From Perkinsus chesapeaki ATCC PRA-425 (taxonomy: Eukaryota > Protista > Perkinsozoa), in the NCBI GenBank assembly GCA_013115145.1, contig JAAPAO010000050.1, positions 38,784 to 102,783 of the forward strand: a stretch of DNA of 64,000 nt, in the 5' to 3' direction. The notes below the pieces were generated by a model that saw only the letters and a list, made by a program, of their open reading frames with translations, had not been told where the DNA came from and made no database searches. Shown here one piece after another: positions 41,634 through 53,900 of this stretch. Both the position numbers and the translations under genes were made by a program. The number at the start of each line of letters is the position of its first letter. The stretch's first letter is position 1.

Positions 41634-42469
41634 CTCTGCTCATAACTTGACGATGAGTGGTTAGCACAGTCCAAGATTATCCGGCACAATGTGGGTAATT
41701 TCACATGGCCTATTTCTCTTTCTGCGCGTTTAACGTGCCGTAGCCAGTCTCGACTAGGTCCCTAATCGTTTATCGTTAATCATTCTATACCATCACAATC
41801 GGGCCGATTGAGAGGCCGAGTGAATTGGTTTCAGGGTTTGCCTAACCCTTGTGGTTCTTTTGTTGTTGAGTTGTCAATAACTTCCCCGCTACTGAGTCAA
41901 ATTTCTCTAGATGAAGTCGGCCATCACCCGACAGTAATTCGACTGTGATTTTCCCTATGGTATTCTGATTTCGTCTCCGAACCTCTGGTAACTCATCTTG
42001 AGGTACGGACTCCTATGGTAGGAGTTACTAACCCCTATAATTCAGAGAAACCATTTAGTAGTATTGGAGATTGATCGAATTTTTCGCTGAAGAGTTGTTC
42101 CAATTTTATGCCAAATCGAAAGGTTTGGGGATTAATTTAATCCATATTTCATATGAAAATATGGAATTCGTTTCACAGCCTGTGGAGTTTTCCTGAGGAA
42201 AACCTGTGAATCCTGTGAATCACAGGATCTAATTTTCCTCAGGAAAACTGTTCCCCCCTCGACCGGCAAGCGAGGGATGTCACAACTTGCTCTGCTCCCA
42301 CTCGATATTATCGAGTGAGCCTGATAGCAAATATCATCGCTTGCCGAGTCGGTAACGCTAAGCGTTTGCTCATACCACTGATATAAGCCAACACTCACGG
42401 TTATAGGCTTCGTATAGGCTGTATGGTTCACGACGGTATCTTGATAGAATATCAAATTGATATTATCAA

Positions 42470-42496
42470 TGATATTATATCAGTGATATAATATCA
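42470..42496. repeat. Perfect palindrome, 13-bp arms, 1-nt spacer
   Basis: tgatattatatca-g-tgatataatatca. Confidence 0.85.
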
Positions 42497-42572
42497 AGAT
42501 ACGAAAACCATATACAATATGGAGCAATGTGCCAGGAATGAGCATTGAAAGCAGGAGTCAGTATGCTATAGA

Positions 42573-42594
42573 GCGCTAGACTAGCGCCGCTAGT
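42573..42594. other. 22-nt footprint, target gcgctagt
   Basis: g-cgctag-a-ctagcg-c-cgctag-t. Confidence 0.85.
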
Positions 42595-42925
42595 CGGATG
42601 GATCATTGAAAGTGCCACTCCCTGAGGACGTCGCCTTCCCCTATTCGCTGCTACGCCTCAATCGGCGCTCCTACGGATATGATATCGTCGCTGAACGGTT
42701 TGGTCTGAACCCAGCGAACAGGAGCTAGCGTCTCGGTGTGCATCGCCTTATTTTGTCTAGCTTCTGCTTTATTAAGTTCGCGTCGCCAACTTGGCGATTC
42801 GGACCCACAACACTTGCGGTTAATCCATGCCGTGGATTCCACGGTGGTAACCCATCCGACCCAGTACAACTACGTCCAGTGGCCAGCTGGTCCATTCTTA
42901 TTTTTTTCATTAGTGATGAGCTAAT

Positions 42926-42947
42926 GAGTCATAATGACTCAGTCATT
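42926..42947. other. 22-nt footprint, target gagtcatt
   Basis: g-agtcat-a-atgact-c-agtcat-t. Confidence 0.85.
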
Positions 42948-43301
42948 AGTAATTGCTCATTACTCTTTCTGCGCAGGTCTTTATTTCATAGAGTGAGTTC
43001 TCGGACGAACTTGAGTGAGCCAGCGCAGCAGCACGAAATGGCTGTTGGCGGGCGAGGTTTGCTAAGCGAGATTCCAGAACGTTCCAGGAGTGCCGCAGCT
43101 GGCAGGGGGGGCTCGTTGTTCGGTACGGCCCTGCGGAGAAAGCTGAAGCAGGACTATATACACATCTTTACTCTAGCGTTGGAGAGGACGCTCACTCCTC
43201 AATAGCGACTGGTCAGTGGCAGCCGGCAGTCAGCTGACAATACACTCAAAAGATAGGTCATATTAAAATAAATAAAACTTAACGTAATTCGTATATGATT
43301 A

Positions 43302-43323
43302 CACTCGAATCGAGTGACTCGAT
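43302..43323. other. 22-nt footprint, target cactcgat
   Basis: c-actcga-a-tcgagt-g-actcga-t. Confidence 0.85.
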
Positions 43324-43430
43324 CCACTAGCTTCATAAACGGGACAAGCTTGAGTGGGACTGTTTACACAGGCACAATGGGACATCAAGTAACACAAACT
43401 TAGGACGTATCGGCCGCATCCAAAGGACCT

Positions 43431-43703
43431 TCAATCATAACACAATCCTTTCATAGATTTCTCAACACGAGCGCCCTGCATTGCAGGACCTGCAATGCCC
43501 AATTTGCCATCGCAAAACGATACATTTTTTGGCCAAGATTGAATCTTGGGTTGTACATCTTCGGGAATAATCCAAAATTGTTCCCGGGAACCGGTAACAT
43601 CCCCAGGAATAATTTGCGAACAAAAATGGGAAGAGTTTGAATCACGGTCCTGTGCATTAGCAAGCCCGAAAAACGCACAAAGCATCGAGACTAACACCGT
43701 CAT
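43431..43703 (-). CDS. Hypothetical secreted protein (first exon or short gene)
   Basis: Signal-like MTVLVSMLCAFFGLANA|Q followed by a Cys-containing chain. Confidence 0.45.
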   Translation of the reverse strand: MTVLVSMLCAFFGLANAQDRDSNSSHFCSQIIPGDVTGSREQFWIIPEDVQPKIQSWPKNVSFCDGKLGIAGPAMQGARVEKSMKGLCYD

Positions 43704-44297
43704 TGAACTAGCTACTTCCTGGTCATTGAGTAGGGGAACACGCATCATGGATTATGCATGCAGTGGTAGCCTACCACTGGTAGGTTCGATTTATACTCCG
43801 TACCGGAGAACCAGGCCACCCCTAAGCAACGCTGATGCGTAGAAGCGTAGGAAAGATCTTTTGAGAATCTTGAAGACTCTCGAAATACAAGCGTGTGCTT
43901 GCAAGCTGGTCTTTTCTGACCATTATGATGAATACAACAGATAGTTTGTTACAGATTAATTCACAGATTCGCTCGTGGAGCCAATCATCGAAAACCCACT
44001 ACCAACCGCAAAGAATGTGTTGTTGACAGTGTGTCACACAGTTCAGCGGGTCTATATTGTTGTCTCTATAATGCTAAGTTAGCATTGCTTACTTCCCAGA
44101 ATATTGCGGCACGGCTCGGCACCCGCTCTCCAACTCTCTGCCTGATTCTCGATGTACGAGGCACTTATTTCAAAACCTGCAGCTCTGGTCTAACCAGAGC
44201 TGAGAACCCCGTGTCACCGAAGGACGCCTACAGTGAGGTTCTTACTGCACCAGGCTCCAGCAGATCCTGCAGCTGTATGTTTTATCTGTTTCTGATG

Positions 44298-44346
44298 ATC
44301 GCTCCGGAAGTATGATTCTGGGCCAGAATCATACTTCCGGAGCGAT
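44298..44346. repeat. Perfect palindrome, 24-bp arms, 1-nt spacer
   Basis: atcgctccggaagtatgattctgg-g-ccagaatcatacttccggagcgat. Confidence 0.95.
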
Positions 44347-44516
44347 GCAGTTGCGGCCGTGCTCGTCTGACAATGTGTACCTTACAAAGGTATGAAATTG
44401 TTGATCGACTGCATAATACGAGATATGATGCCATGCAGTAGATGACTCAAGTAGGAGAAAAATAAGAGCAAGTTCGAATTATAGATGGGCACGTTCCGTT
44501 CTCCGGTGTTGAGTAC

Positions 44517-44538
44517 GGTACGGGCCGTACCGTACGGC
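44517..44538. other. 22-nt footprint, target ggtacggc
   Basis: g-gtacgg-g-ccgtac-c-gtacgg-c. Confidence 0.75.
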
Positions 44539-45072
44539 GTACGGCGAGTTTATCGAGGTGTTACGGAGTGCGGTACGGAGTACGGAGATGGGACATTAAG
44601 TTCACCTCTGGTGGCCAATGAACGGTCGAGGAGAGTAGAGATTGATAAGAGAGATATCCCGGACCATTTAAACTTTTATTTCTCTGAACTATTTACTTTC
44701 ATTCTTTTCGTTACTTATTGCACGCGCACCAATGCGGAAAGAATGCACATGCGTGCATAATGTTCCGAACATTGCCAGCGAGGACACTATGTTGGTTCTG
44801 GGTACTTGGCACTTGACTCGAACACATTCCAACGCTTAAATAACACTCCGCACCGTACTCCATACTGGCCGTACCCTGACGGATGCTCAAGTATAGTTCG
44901 AATTCTATTTTCGAATCGTGCTGATATCGCTCTGTTCCACCGGGGAGTTCCGGCGGGAACACCAAAGGAACATGCGTCGCCCCCGCGACGCTTTTTTTCA
45001 TTGCCCGGATATTTGAACCTCTCCCGAAGCCTTAGTTCCAAACATAACCAACTAACATGGCTATCTCTCGCC

Positions 45073-45125
45073 TACTAATGTACATCGTGATCATTGTCTG
45101 ACAATGATCACGATGTACATTAGTA
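45073..45125. repeat. Perfect palindrome, 26-bp arms, 1-nt spacer
   Basis: tactaatgtacatcgtgatcattgtc-t-gacaatgatcacgatgtacattagta. Confidence 0.95.
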
Positions 45126-46863
45126 TACATATACTCACTATATACTGACTGTACATAGTGACTCACTATTACCTACGCAGCCCAAAGCTGCTGGAAGGCT
45201 GCAGACTGCAGTAATGGTGTATGCTATTGCAGGAATGGCAAAATCTGCTCCGACAGTTCCTGCTACTGTTCTCAAAGTGGCGGGCTGTGCTGACACAGCA
45301 CTGCTGAGACTATCATTCAGAGCAGCGCCTGCTGCAAAGGTGCACTATGTACACTTGCTTCAATGGACGGCGCTCAGCCAGTGGAGGTCTCATTCTCAAT
45401 ATCTCATTTCATAGTCTCGCCCTCAAGCCAAACCCTTCCTAGAGAAGCGCTTCCCATAATAGTGTTCTTAACAGTACACGTTGTTCATTCAATGAACTCC
45501 GTTGTTATATAACTCGACGAGACTTTTCAAGTATTATGAGCCGTTGTGTGTTGAGTTCGGCCGTTGAATGCCCAGTTGACATGGTTGCGTCCTTCCGCCG
45601 TAAGTTAACAGCCACTCGCGCGTCGATAGTGCGACGTTGGACATTCGTATGAGAAATTGATGACTTATAGTGTGAGTTTCATACTATAAAACTATAGAAT
45701 TTACAGCATGACATTCACGCCGCGGGCAATACCAAAGTCACTTTGGCAAAGTGTCCTCAAGGATCTCAACCCCAACGGAAATGAATCTCTCGAGTGCCTC
45801 GACCTTCACGAGCCGATAGTATCGGCCCGATACTCAATAAACACAGCAGAGAGGCTAGTGCACGGGTTAATCACCTGGTACCAGCGGTTGAGTTGAGTCG
45901 ACCAGACACGACCAAGGTTTGGTTACCAAATACTTCGACGCATTAGCGGTACAAGATTGACATCGAAAATCTATGGAGGAATGAGGCACCGACGGACGGT
46001 TACCGACCCCGGCAAGAACCGTGGCCCCGCCAAATACTTTGATTTCCGACTTAGGTCGTAGACTCCACCGCTCGCAGCTCATCCCATGCATCGTTCACCG
46101 AGCATTGGGATAGCCGACCACAGATCATTGAAAATGTCTGCGGGCCGCCGATGTATCTTTCTAATACCTGCTCTGGGGACAGCCTCCCCCACAACAGTCA
46201 AATGGGAATTGTTTTTCCGTGTTTCGCGCCGTCAGGATGCGGGAACACGTTCGGAGGGGAGTTGATAACTATTTCCATCTTCTTTACGCCCGACAGACCT
46301 CTCGATCTGATAGTCTATCAATGATAGGTCAAGTGGACCCTTTGTCAAACACGCTCATCAGGCGGCATACAGCCTACAGGGCGCAAGGATCCGCACATTT
46401 GGCGCACGTCACTATGGCGCACAACAAGCTCTATTCCTGTCAGTAGACGATCACAGAATGATCTGTGGGCATAGCGTTTGCGTTCAAGCGATCTCGTTGA
46501 CATGATTCAGGGAGAGGAATCTTCGATGACGAGTCCTAGGCCCTTGAGTCCTCACTATCGTCCCCGGAATCTTCCGATTGCCAAAAGTAGTTGGGGACAT
46601 GGAGTGAACTAGGAATGGCTCACCGCACAGCCCGCACAAGAAATGTATTCTGGTTAAGTGGATATCTTATCCGGATAAGTGTGGTATTTCGGATACGAGG
46701 TTCCGAGTTGATTTTTCAATCACAGGTGTAGCAGTCTGAAAAGAAGTTCTCCTCTATAACCCGGTGGTCAAACATACAAGAGTGGCTTGGAAAGATGCGT
46801 ATCCTCTTAGGCCTTACGGCAGGGAGTGTTGCAAGGACTCGTCGACAGCATGGAGCATTGCTT

Positions 46864-46885
46864 AAGCTTAGTAAGCTTAGCTTAC
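46864..46885. other. 22-nt footprint, target aagcttac (60 bp upstream of Cys-rich copy 4 ATG)
   Basis: a-agctta-g-taagct-t-agctta-c. Confidence 0.8.
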
Positions 46886-46944
46886 ATTATCCGAGTCCAC
46901 TCCGATCACTTCCAAACCTTCATCAACTCTATACTCGCTTAGCC

Positions 46945-47628
46945 ATGTACGGTATCATCGGCATGATCTCCCTCGTGTGCATCCTGGGCACTAGTGGAGA
47001 ACTAAGGGTGCAAGATATTGTGAATGGATCGAGGTAGGAAATAGAAAGTCCGTCATAAGAGAGAGATTCTAATCCTTCCTTCCTGTACATTCGGGCTTCA
47101 ACATGAAACTCTCATGAGCTACACGTGTCCAGCTTATGTGAATTCTTATTGGCAGGTACAATCCAGTCTGGTTTCGTGCTCCCCAAGGTGAAGTATTTGA
47201 CTCCGATAGTGCATACGTCGTTATTAGGCTCATGTTATGAGAAGCCCATCGGCAAGTGTGTCTATAACAAAGATGCTCATGAGTTAGAAGGATGTCAGTG
47301 CGCGGCACCGGCTCTCGTAGCATACGCTCTGGTGAGTTCAGCGCAGACTAGTGCCCCTTACCGAATTTTTCAGACCGACGATGATGACGTTGATGTCGTC
47401 GTTTGCACTGTCCAGTGTGGTGGAAATCCATGTCCCAACGCACCTAAAGGGACGGGCAGCTGCAACGCAGTGGGCTCCTTATCATTGTGCATGATCAACT
47501 GTAAGGACGACAAAGTAAGAAAACGTGTTTATTGGCCCAATAAATGCGTAGCATGATAGGACTGTCCTGAAACGGCCGTCTGCTACAACTGGGGAGGACC
47601 TTCCAGCAGCTGTTTGTACCGTCCCTAG
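46945..47628 (+). CDS. Secreted 13-Cys protein family, copy 4 (5 exons)
   Basis: MYGIIGMISLVCILGTSGELRVQDIVNGSR|YNPVWFRAPQG|SCYEKPIGKCVY..GCQCAAP..|..VCTVQCGGNPCPNAPKGTGSC..LCMINCKDDK|DCPETAVCYNWGGPSSSCLYRP*. Confidence 0.9.
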
Positions 47629-47674
47629 CTCTGCTAATAACTTGACGATGAGCGCTCAGCCCAATCCCAGACTA

Positions 47675-47696
47675 TCCGGGAGTCCCGGACCGGGAC
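47675..47696. other. 22-nt footprint, target tccgggac
   Basis: t-ccggga-g-tcccgg-a-ccggga-c; the paralogous site near 41680 has a single tccggcac. Confidence 0.92.
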
Positions 47697-47980
47697 AATG
47701 TGGGTCTTCTTAGATGGCCCATTCCTCTTTCTGCGCGCCTAACGTGCCTTAGCCAGTCTCGACTAGAACCCTAGTCGTTTATCACTAATCATTTCATACT
47801 CTCCACAAGCAGCTTTCCTCGCCTAGGTGGCTAGGGTGGAAAGGGCGATTCCAAGGTTTGCCTAATACCTGTGGGTCTTTTATTGTTGAGTTGTCAATAA
47901 CATTCACGATCCTGAGTCAAAACGCCTCTTAGAATGGATTTCACATGGGCATTGGACTATAAACTCACACACACGCGCCT

Positions 47981-50900
47981 CTAGATGAAATCGACCACCA
48001 TTCGAGTCAGACATTTCATCTTCTGACTTCCTCCAAGAGCTTCTGGCAACTCCTTTGAGTCAGTGCCATAGAAAGGTACTCCATCTGGATTTAGTCTGTA
48101 CAACGGCTTGATAAAAGCCAGTTTGTCCAACCGTTGGATTCCAACGACCCGACAAGTGCTCATTTGACTGTGGTGTATCAAACTCAGCACATCTGGCGAC
48201 GCAGAAGAAGTTATTAGTTAGCTGCAGTTTGCCTGACGTTGTCGTAGAAGGCGGCAAGAGAGCTTTCATCACAAGGGATGTCCGGAGAATTAACGGCATT
48301 ATGGAATACGTACGACATCTCTCTAGCTTCTTCAACGATTACCTGTCAAACAAGGTTGGAAATACAATGGACTGCATTCGATGAAGAAGTGCTCATGGAT
48401 CGAGCTTCCCAAAAGTGGCCCACTTTTGCCACTTCTGCCACCCATCTGGGGAGGTGAAACAGCATTATAGATCCTTTCACTATTATAATTTATAAATTGC
48501 CCTACCAGGTAGGGCCCACCTCACCTCTGGCAATCCAGCAATTTTCGCGACATGCATAGCATGGCTTTGTGGGCAGCGACCCTTCGTGAACTTATACAGG
48601 AAGGTCACTGCGCGAGTCACTGGATCTACAAGGCATGCTTGATGGTATCTAAAGTTCAGACTCTGAGCATATTATCGCATCAGAATCGAGCCCAATGTTG
48701 GAAGGTCTTACAGTGCTGTATTGGTGAGGGTATGGTCCTCGGCTAATTGATGGTAGTGTGTGGCAAACAAAGCACGGCATCCTATCTGTTCAGATACCCT
48801 TTCTAGGACAGCATGAGCGATAGCTGCACCGTCAAAAGTAGATGTCCCGCGACCTGATGTCAACAGGTAGTATCAATAAGGTCTATGAGCCGAAGATTAG
48901 ACTCGAATTAGGTCCAGCAGGTTATTAGAATAGGTTACGAGACCTTACCAAGTTCATCGATGACTGCTAATGAGTGTTTAGTGGCATGTTGAAGGACAGC
49001 TCCGGTTTCTTCGAGTTCGATCAGGAAAGTACTTTTATTTTCAAGAATGGAGTCTCGAGCACCGATCCTCGTGAATATGCGATCCACTGGGGTCAAATGG
49101 AACCTGACATACCGGAGTTGTATTTGAAAATCACCAAACAAAAACGCATGCTGGAGAAGAAATAACACTATCCTTACGACGAGGCTGGAACGCGACATCC
49201 AAGTTGCGCGATAATGACAGCTGTGGCGCTGAGGCGAAGCACTGTACCTACGAAAGACATGCAAAACAAGGCTGGCTGCCATCTGAGCTGCAGAGTCAGC
49301 TGCGAGAGAGACAAAAATAGTTCTTAGTCGTACTTTTGCCTCCCATGTTGGGGCCGGTAACGAGGAGGGTAGTCGGACCATTATTATTGCCCATTTCAAC
49401 AGTGTTAGCGACGAACTCTCTACCCGATCGAGAGAGGATGGCCTCTTGAACCTGAATTTACGGAATAACGTCACACGACGTCCTTACAAGCGCCTACGGG
49501 ATGTCTGCCGTTTTGCAAGTTTAGAACGGGAACATCGGATTCGTCTGGATCCACGATACATGGCCGGCACATCGGCCCAGAACCGGGTTGGGAAGCCTCC
49601 GAAAGCGACAGAAGACAGTCTAGTGTTGCCAGTCTGTTAACCTGGGAATTACCAACCCTTTGAGGGCACTCGAGCAACACGCCGGCTCTCACCATTTGTT
49701 GCAGACGTATCGTGTGTTTGTGAAAGTCTTTGAAGAGCTGAGCCATAAAAGGATAAAGACAATCCTTCATTTGCTCTTCAGTTTTCTCCAGCTCATCAGT
49801 CATATCTCTAATCTAATCAGATTAACAGATACCCAAACCACGCAGCACCGGCGGTTCACCTCTTGAGTGAGGAGCCTGACATAGCCTTTCCTCGTACTTG
49901 ACACCTCCAAGCCGTGTTCTTCGGTATTACGTGGGACACTACGCTCAGGAACCTCTATCTCATACCTACCATGCTCCCGTAAACAGTTGAGATTTCGCGG
50001 CCTTACCTGTATTTTACGCTGACGTATTTTACATCAGATGCTTTACAATCCTTCAAGTTTTCACGGCAAATAACTTTAAGCTCCTTTTGCAGATCTGCCT
50101 CAATACTCGCTATCTTAGCTCTCGCTTCGTCGTATGTCGGATAGCAACCTACGAGCCTTAATGGCAGCACTCTCGGGGAATAGGGGAAAAGCAACTTCCC
50201 AACGGACGGCAAGTGACACTGATCCTACTCAAGCTTCATTTTTGTACACAAAGAACATACTTTGATCTTCAAAAGATTTGTTCTAGTGAACCTCGATGGT
50301 TATCTACTTACACTAGACCATATAAAATGCCCAGTCCTGTTTAGTGGAATCTCGTCACATAAATTTCACGGGTCAGATTTCAGTGGAGTACAAAACTCTG
50401 CCCAGGGCGGTACAGGCAGAGGTAATCCTTTTTGTAAAGTTATACTCGCCCTCGCATAAGAATACACTTTCATCAGAAAATGGTGCAGTACAAACTCACA
50501 CACTCCCAGCGGTAGCGACACCTACCTGGCGCGGGAGAGTACCCGGTCGTTTCATTCCCCTGTACTCTGCTTCCCAGATCGTGAAGAATATTGTCAATAT
50601 ATCCTAGCTCTTCCGACGGAACTAGTTCATCTAGCAAAGCCGGTAATTCCGCCCCACAGTCCCGGACCTGACAAAATGTACCAAATCACATTACCACTGT
50701 AACTACTGCGTGAAGTTGAATAACGGAGAGAGCCGGTTGCATCCTTGATATCACAAGCGGGATAAGACGTACCATGGCAAGGCATTCGTCAGCCTTTTTT
50801 AGGGATGTCAATAACTCCATGAACTGTGCAATCCGGGAGGACTCAACCTGCAGCTCGCGCAGTGACAGATATAGCAACAAGTGTACGTCTCACTTCAGCG

Positions 50901-53900
50901 TAGAGAACGGCTTTCCTTTCCATTTGCAAACCCAATGCAAAAACTCTGTTTTGGCGTCGCTCAATGTCTGGCAGCTTACCCATCATAGACCGCAGGTCAC
51001 TGAGTGTGAAGCAATAATGCGCCAGAAAGTTTCCAGGGGAAACAAAGTTGAAAGTTGTGCATCGTTATTAACGATGCACAACTTTTTGTTCTTCTGGTTA
51101 ACGATTCGTTAACCAGTAGAACAAAAAGACGTTCACGGCTGCCAGAAAGCACCGTAGTGGGAGAAGAGCTAGGCCTTTTCTAATCATACTCAATAGCGGA
51201 ACCGTAATATGAACGCTTATACATGTGATGGCATATCGCCTTTTGTGGTTACTAAGCTCGGCAATGTCCGCTTATCGATTAACAGCTTTCTAGTTAGATT
51301 TCAGTATCGAGTAAATCAGTTAGAGCCTGCCGTCGGCTGCAGCAGGAATTCATGGTACGGTTCCGGATCTCGCTCGCTTGAAGAGGTCAAAGGCTAACGG
51401 GCAGGAGCAGGATTTACGCCTTCCATGATTTATTAGTGCATGGAAAACGTGAACGCCGTACTTACCGAACTAAATCTCCTCTTTCGAGGAGCCAGTCGAC
51501 CACATCTAGCCTTCTGTCGATATCTGCCTTCCTTCTCATGGGACAGCACACCCATTGCCTCAAGAGACGCTTCCCAAATGGTGTAACCGTATGGTCCAGA
51601 TGGTCAAGTAATGAGCCCTCCACTTTCCCGTCCGTGTCTAACGAAAAGAATGAACAGCAAGCGGAGGTATTGCTCACTTCGAAGAACCTCCAACTGTTCC
51701 AAGGCATTTGCATCGAGAATCAGTCCACCACCACCCGCGTCGGCTGTTTCCAGTCTCTCCCAGGTAGCGAAGGAGGTAACCTAGATAAAGTGCAACTTTT
51801 CACAACCGGAGAAACTAACCAACTGATAACAGACTATTATTAACACTGTCAATTTAACAGTACAACACGGTTATATGATACCCGTTGCTAAGATGGTAGG
51901 TGCAGTGAGTTATGTTTTCAAACTGAAAATTTCAGTTCACACAAACTTTCGCATCCTGCGCGAAAGTTCCCCCGAATTTCAAGAATGATAATGATGAAAG
52001 TTTTGAAATTCTCCGGTTTTGCTCACAGTTTGGGCCTCAGACGCGCGGCGAGGAGATATCGACAATCGGGTCTTAATGGTCCGGTGAGGGCTGAATGGCT
52101 ATACCAAGCCTATTCGGGGATTGCAATCAGAGATGGGCACAACTGCGTATGTTACGGTCCCGTTCAGTACGAAGAACGTTGATACGACGCGCCATCGTAA
52201 CCGTATAGTAAATTCGAAGTGATGTGAGTACGGGCGCGTATTCGGATCTGAAGGTTCCACCTCGGAAGTTTTCGGGTCCTCGGGTTTATAAACCCATAAG
52301 ACGCTATTTCTCCGAAATCCTGGAGAAGACGGAGAAGCACTACGAGTGAGTCACTGGGTAAGGCTTTCTGTCTACGTCGTAGACTCTACGACTTCACGAT
52401 GAACTCTTGCCGCTGGGCTTCACTTGCCACTGGCAAGTTGCCAGGTGATTTGTCAACATGCAAATGAGTTGAGGTAAGCCTAGACAAGGTAGTAGAAGCT
52501 ACTATCTATGTGAGTGTACTTGGGTATGATCCGATAACAGTAATTGTGTGAATAGCAATGGACAGGAGCCATCGGCCACGGTTACACGCAAAGTGGACCG
52601 GTGAACGTTATCCTCGACTAGAAATTGTATCAGCAGTGGTAGAACATCACTGATGTTGTTCGCACATTATATGAATAATAACAATCGCTATTCTCCGGGA
52701 ATAATGACACCAACAGGGGCGGTGCCATGGAGGAAAGGTTGCCCCGGTAGTGCACCGACCTCTTGCATTCCCTGAGGTTTTCTGGAAGAATAAGGCGGGC
52801 TCCGTTTGATAAGATCACCCGGCTAGCACACTGCGTTGTCTGGGCTAACTACAAACTCACCAATGCTTTCGATGTGGTTGTCACCGAGTTCCGAAGAGTC
52901 ACTGGCAAAGAGGGCACTTTCGCGGCTCACAAAAAGCCCTCTGAACAGGATCCATCTATGGAGAAGATGGTATCGGAAGAGAGTACACTAGTCCTTAGTA
53001 CAGATTGCAGCTCACTGCCACCGGTAAGTCAACTGGTCGGATGAGTGTCGATCCACCCTCGATGGTCCAGATGGTTGGCTCTGATGATGAATCGTCAACG
53101 GAGGTTGGACACCAGAGAGAAACGAGGGGCAGTAAGGGGGTGGTCGCGTGAAAGTTACGGGTTGAAATCCTCGACAGCAGAGTGGCAAAGCCGATTCGGC
53201 TACCCGAAGGCGGCAAGACAGACTTATATACAATATACAAAATAACCGTCTAACCTTACAATATATTCTCAATAAATATTTTAAATATAATTACATTCTC
53301 AATAAAATATATATTCTATTACAAGTACGAGATCAAGTATAGACTATTTTCAGGTTAGACGGAGAAGCTAAAGATCTGCATAAAGCCTTGAGTTCAACGT
53401 TCTATTCCGCAGACAACAATATACTGGCCATAAATGCGTATGCGCCTCTCAAGCTCCTCAAAGATATCGAGGATTCCGTCATCGGCCAATCACTGTTCGA
53501 GTCGCTGACCGAGATTGAAAAAGTATACAATCAGTTATATTCCATGGATGTTCTCGAGGAAGCCTCGAGAAATATTGTACTTTCAAAGTGAGTGCTCATG
53601 TCGGTAGGATCCCTCGATTTGTTCGGGCCGTCAGACAGCGTTTAGAGGTCCAACAGGTATAACCTATACTTTGTGGCCTATATATTTGTGATTTAACACC
53701 GCTCTGTGAAGCCTCCTTGATCAGGCTGCAAGCTGCACTGGATGGAAATTCGCGACCCACGTTACAAATGCTGAAGCTCGTTCAGCTCAGCATGTCCTGA
53801 AGGAATAAAAAAGGTATGATTTTCTCCCATTTTCCCCTCTTCGCAGTAGGAAATCTGATATGGAGACCTTCACTAGCATGATGGTGGGCGTATTTGAGCG

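Larger units (their letters stand above)
40460..41880 (+). repeat. Segmental duplication, paralogous to about 46480-47900 (3' part also to 39170-39980)
   Basis: Shared non-coding blocks, e.g. atggctcaccgcacag, ccgagttgatttttcaatcacaggtg, ccggtggtcaaaca and ttgttgagttgtcaat (39964, 41863, 47883). Confidence 0.85.

Noticed and set aside
46118-46468. 12-bp inverted repeats (ccacagatcatt / aatgatctgtgg) as MITE ends
   Set aside because: No target-site duplication at any register tried and no second copy in the window.
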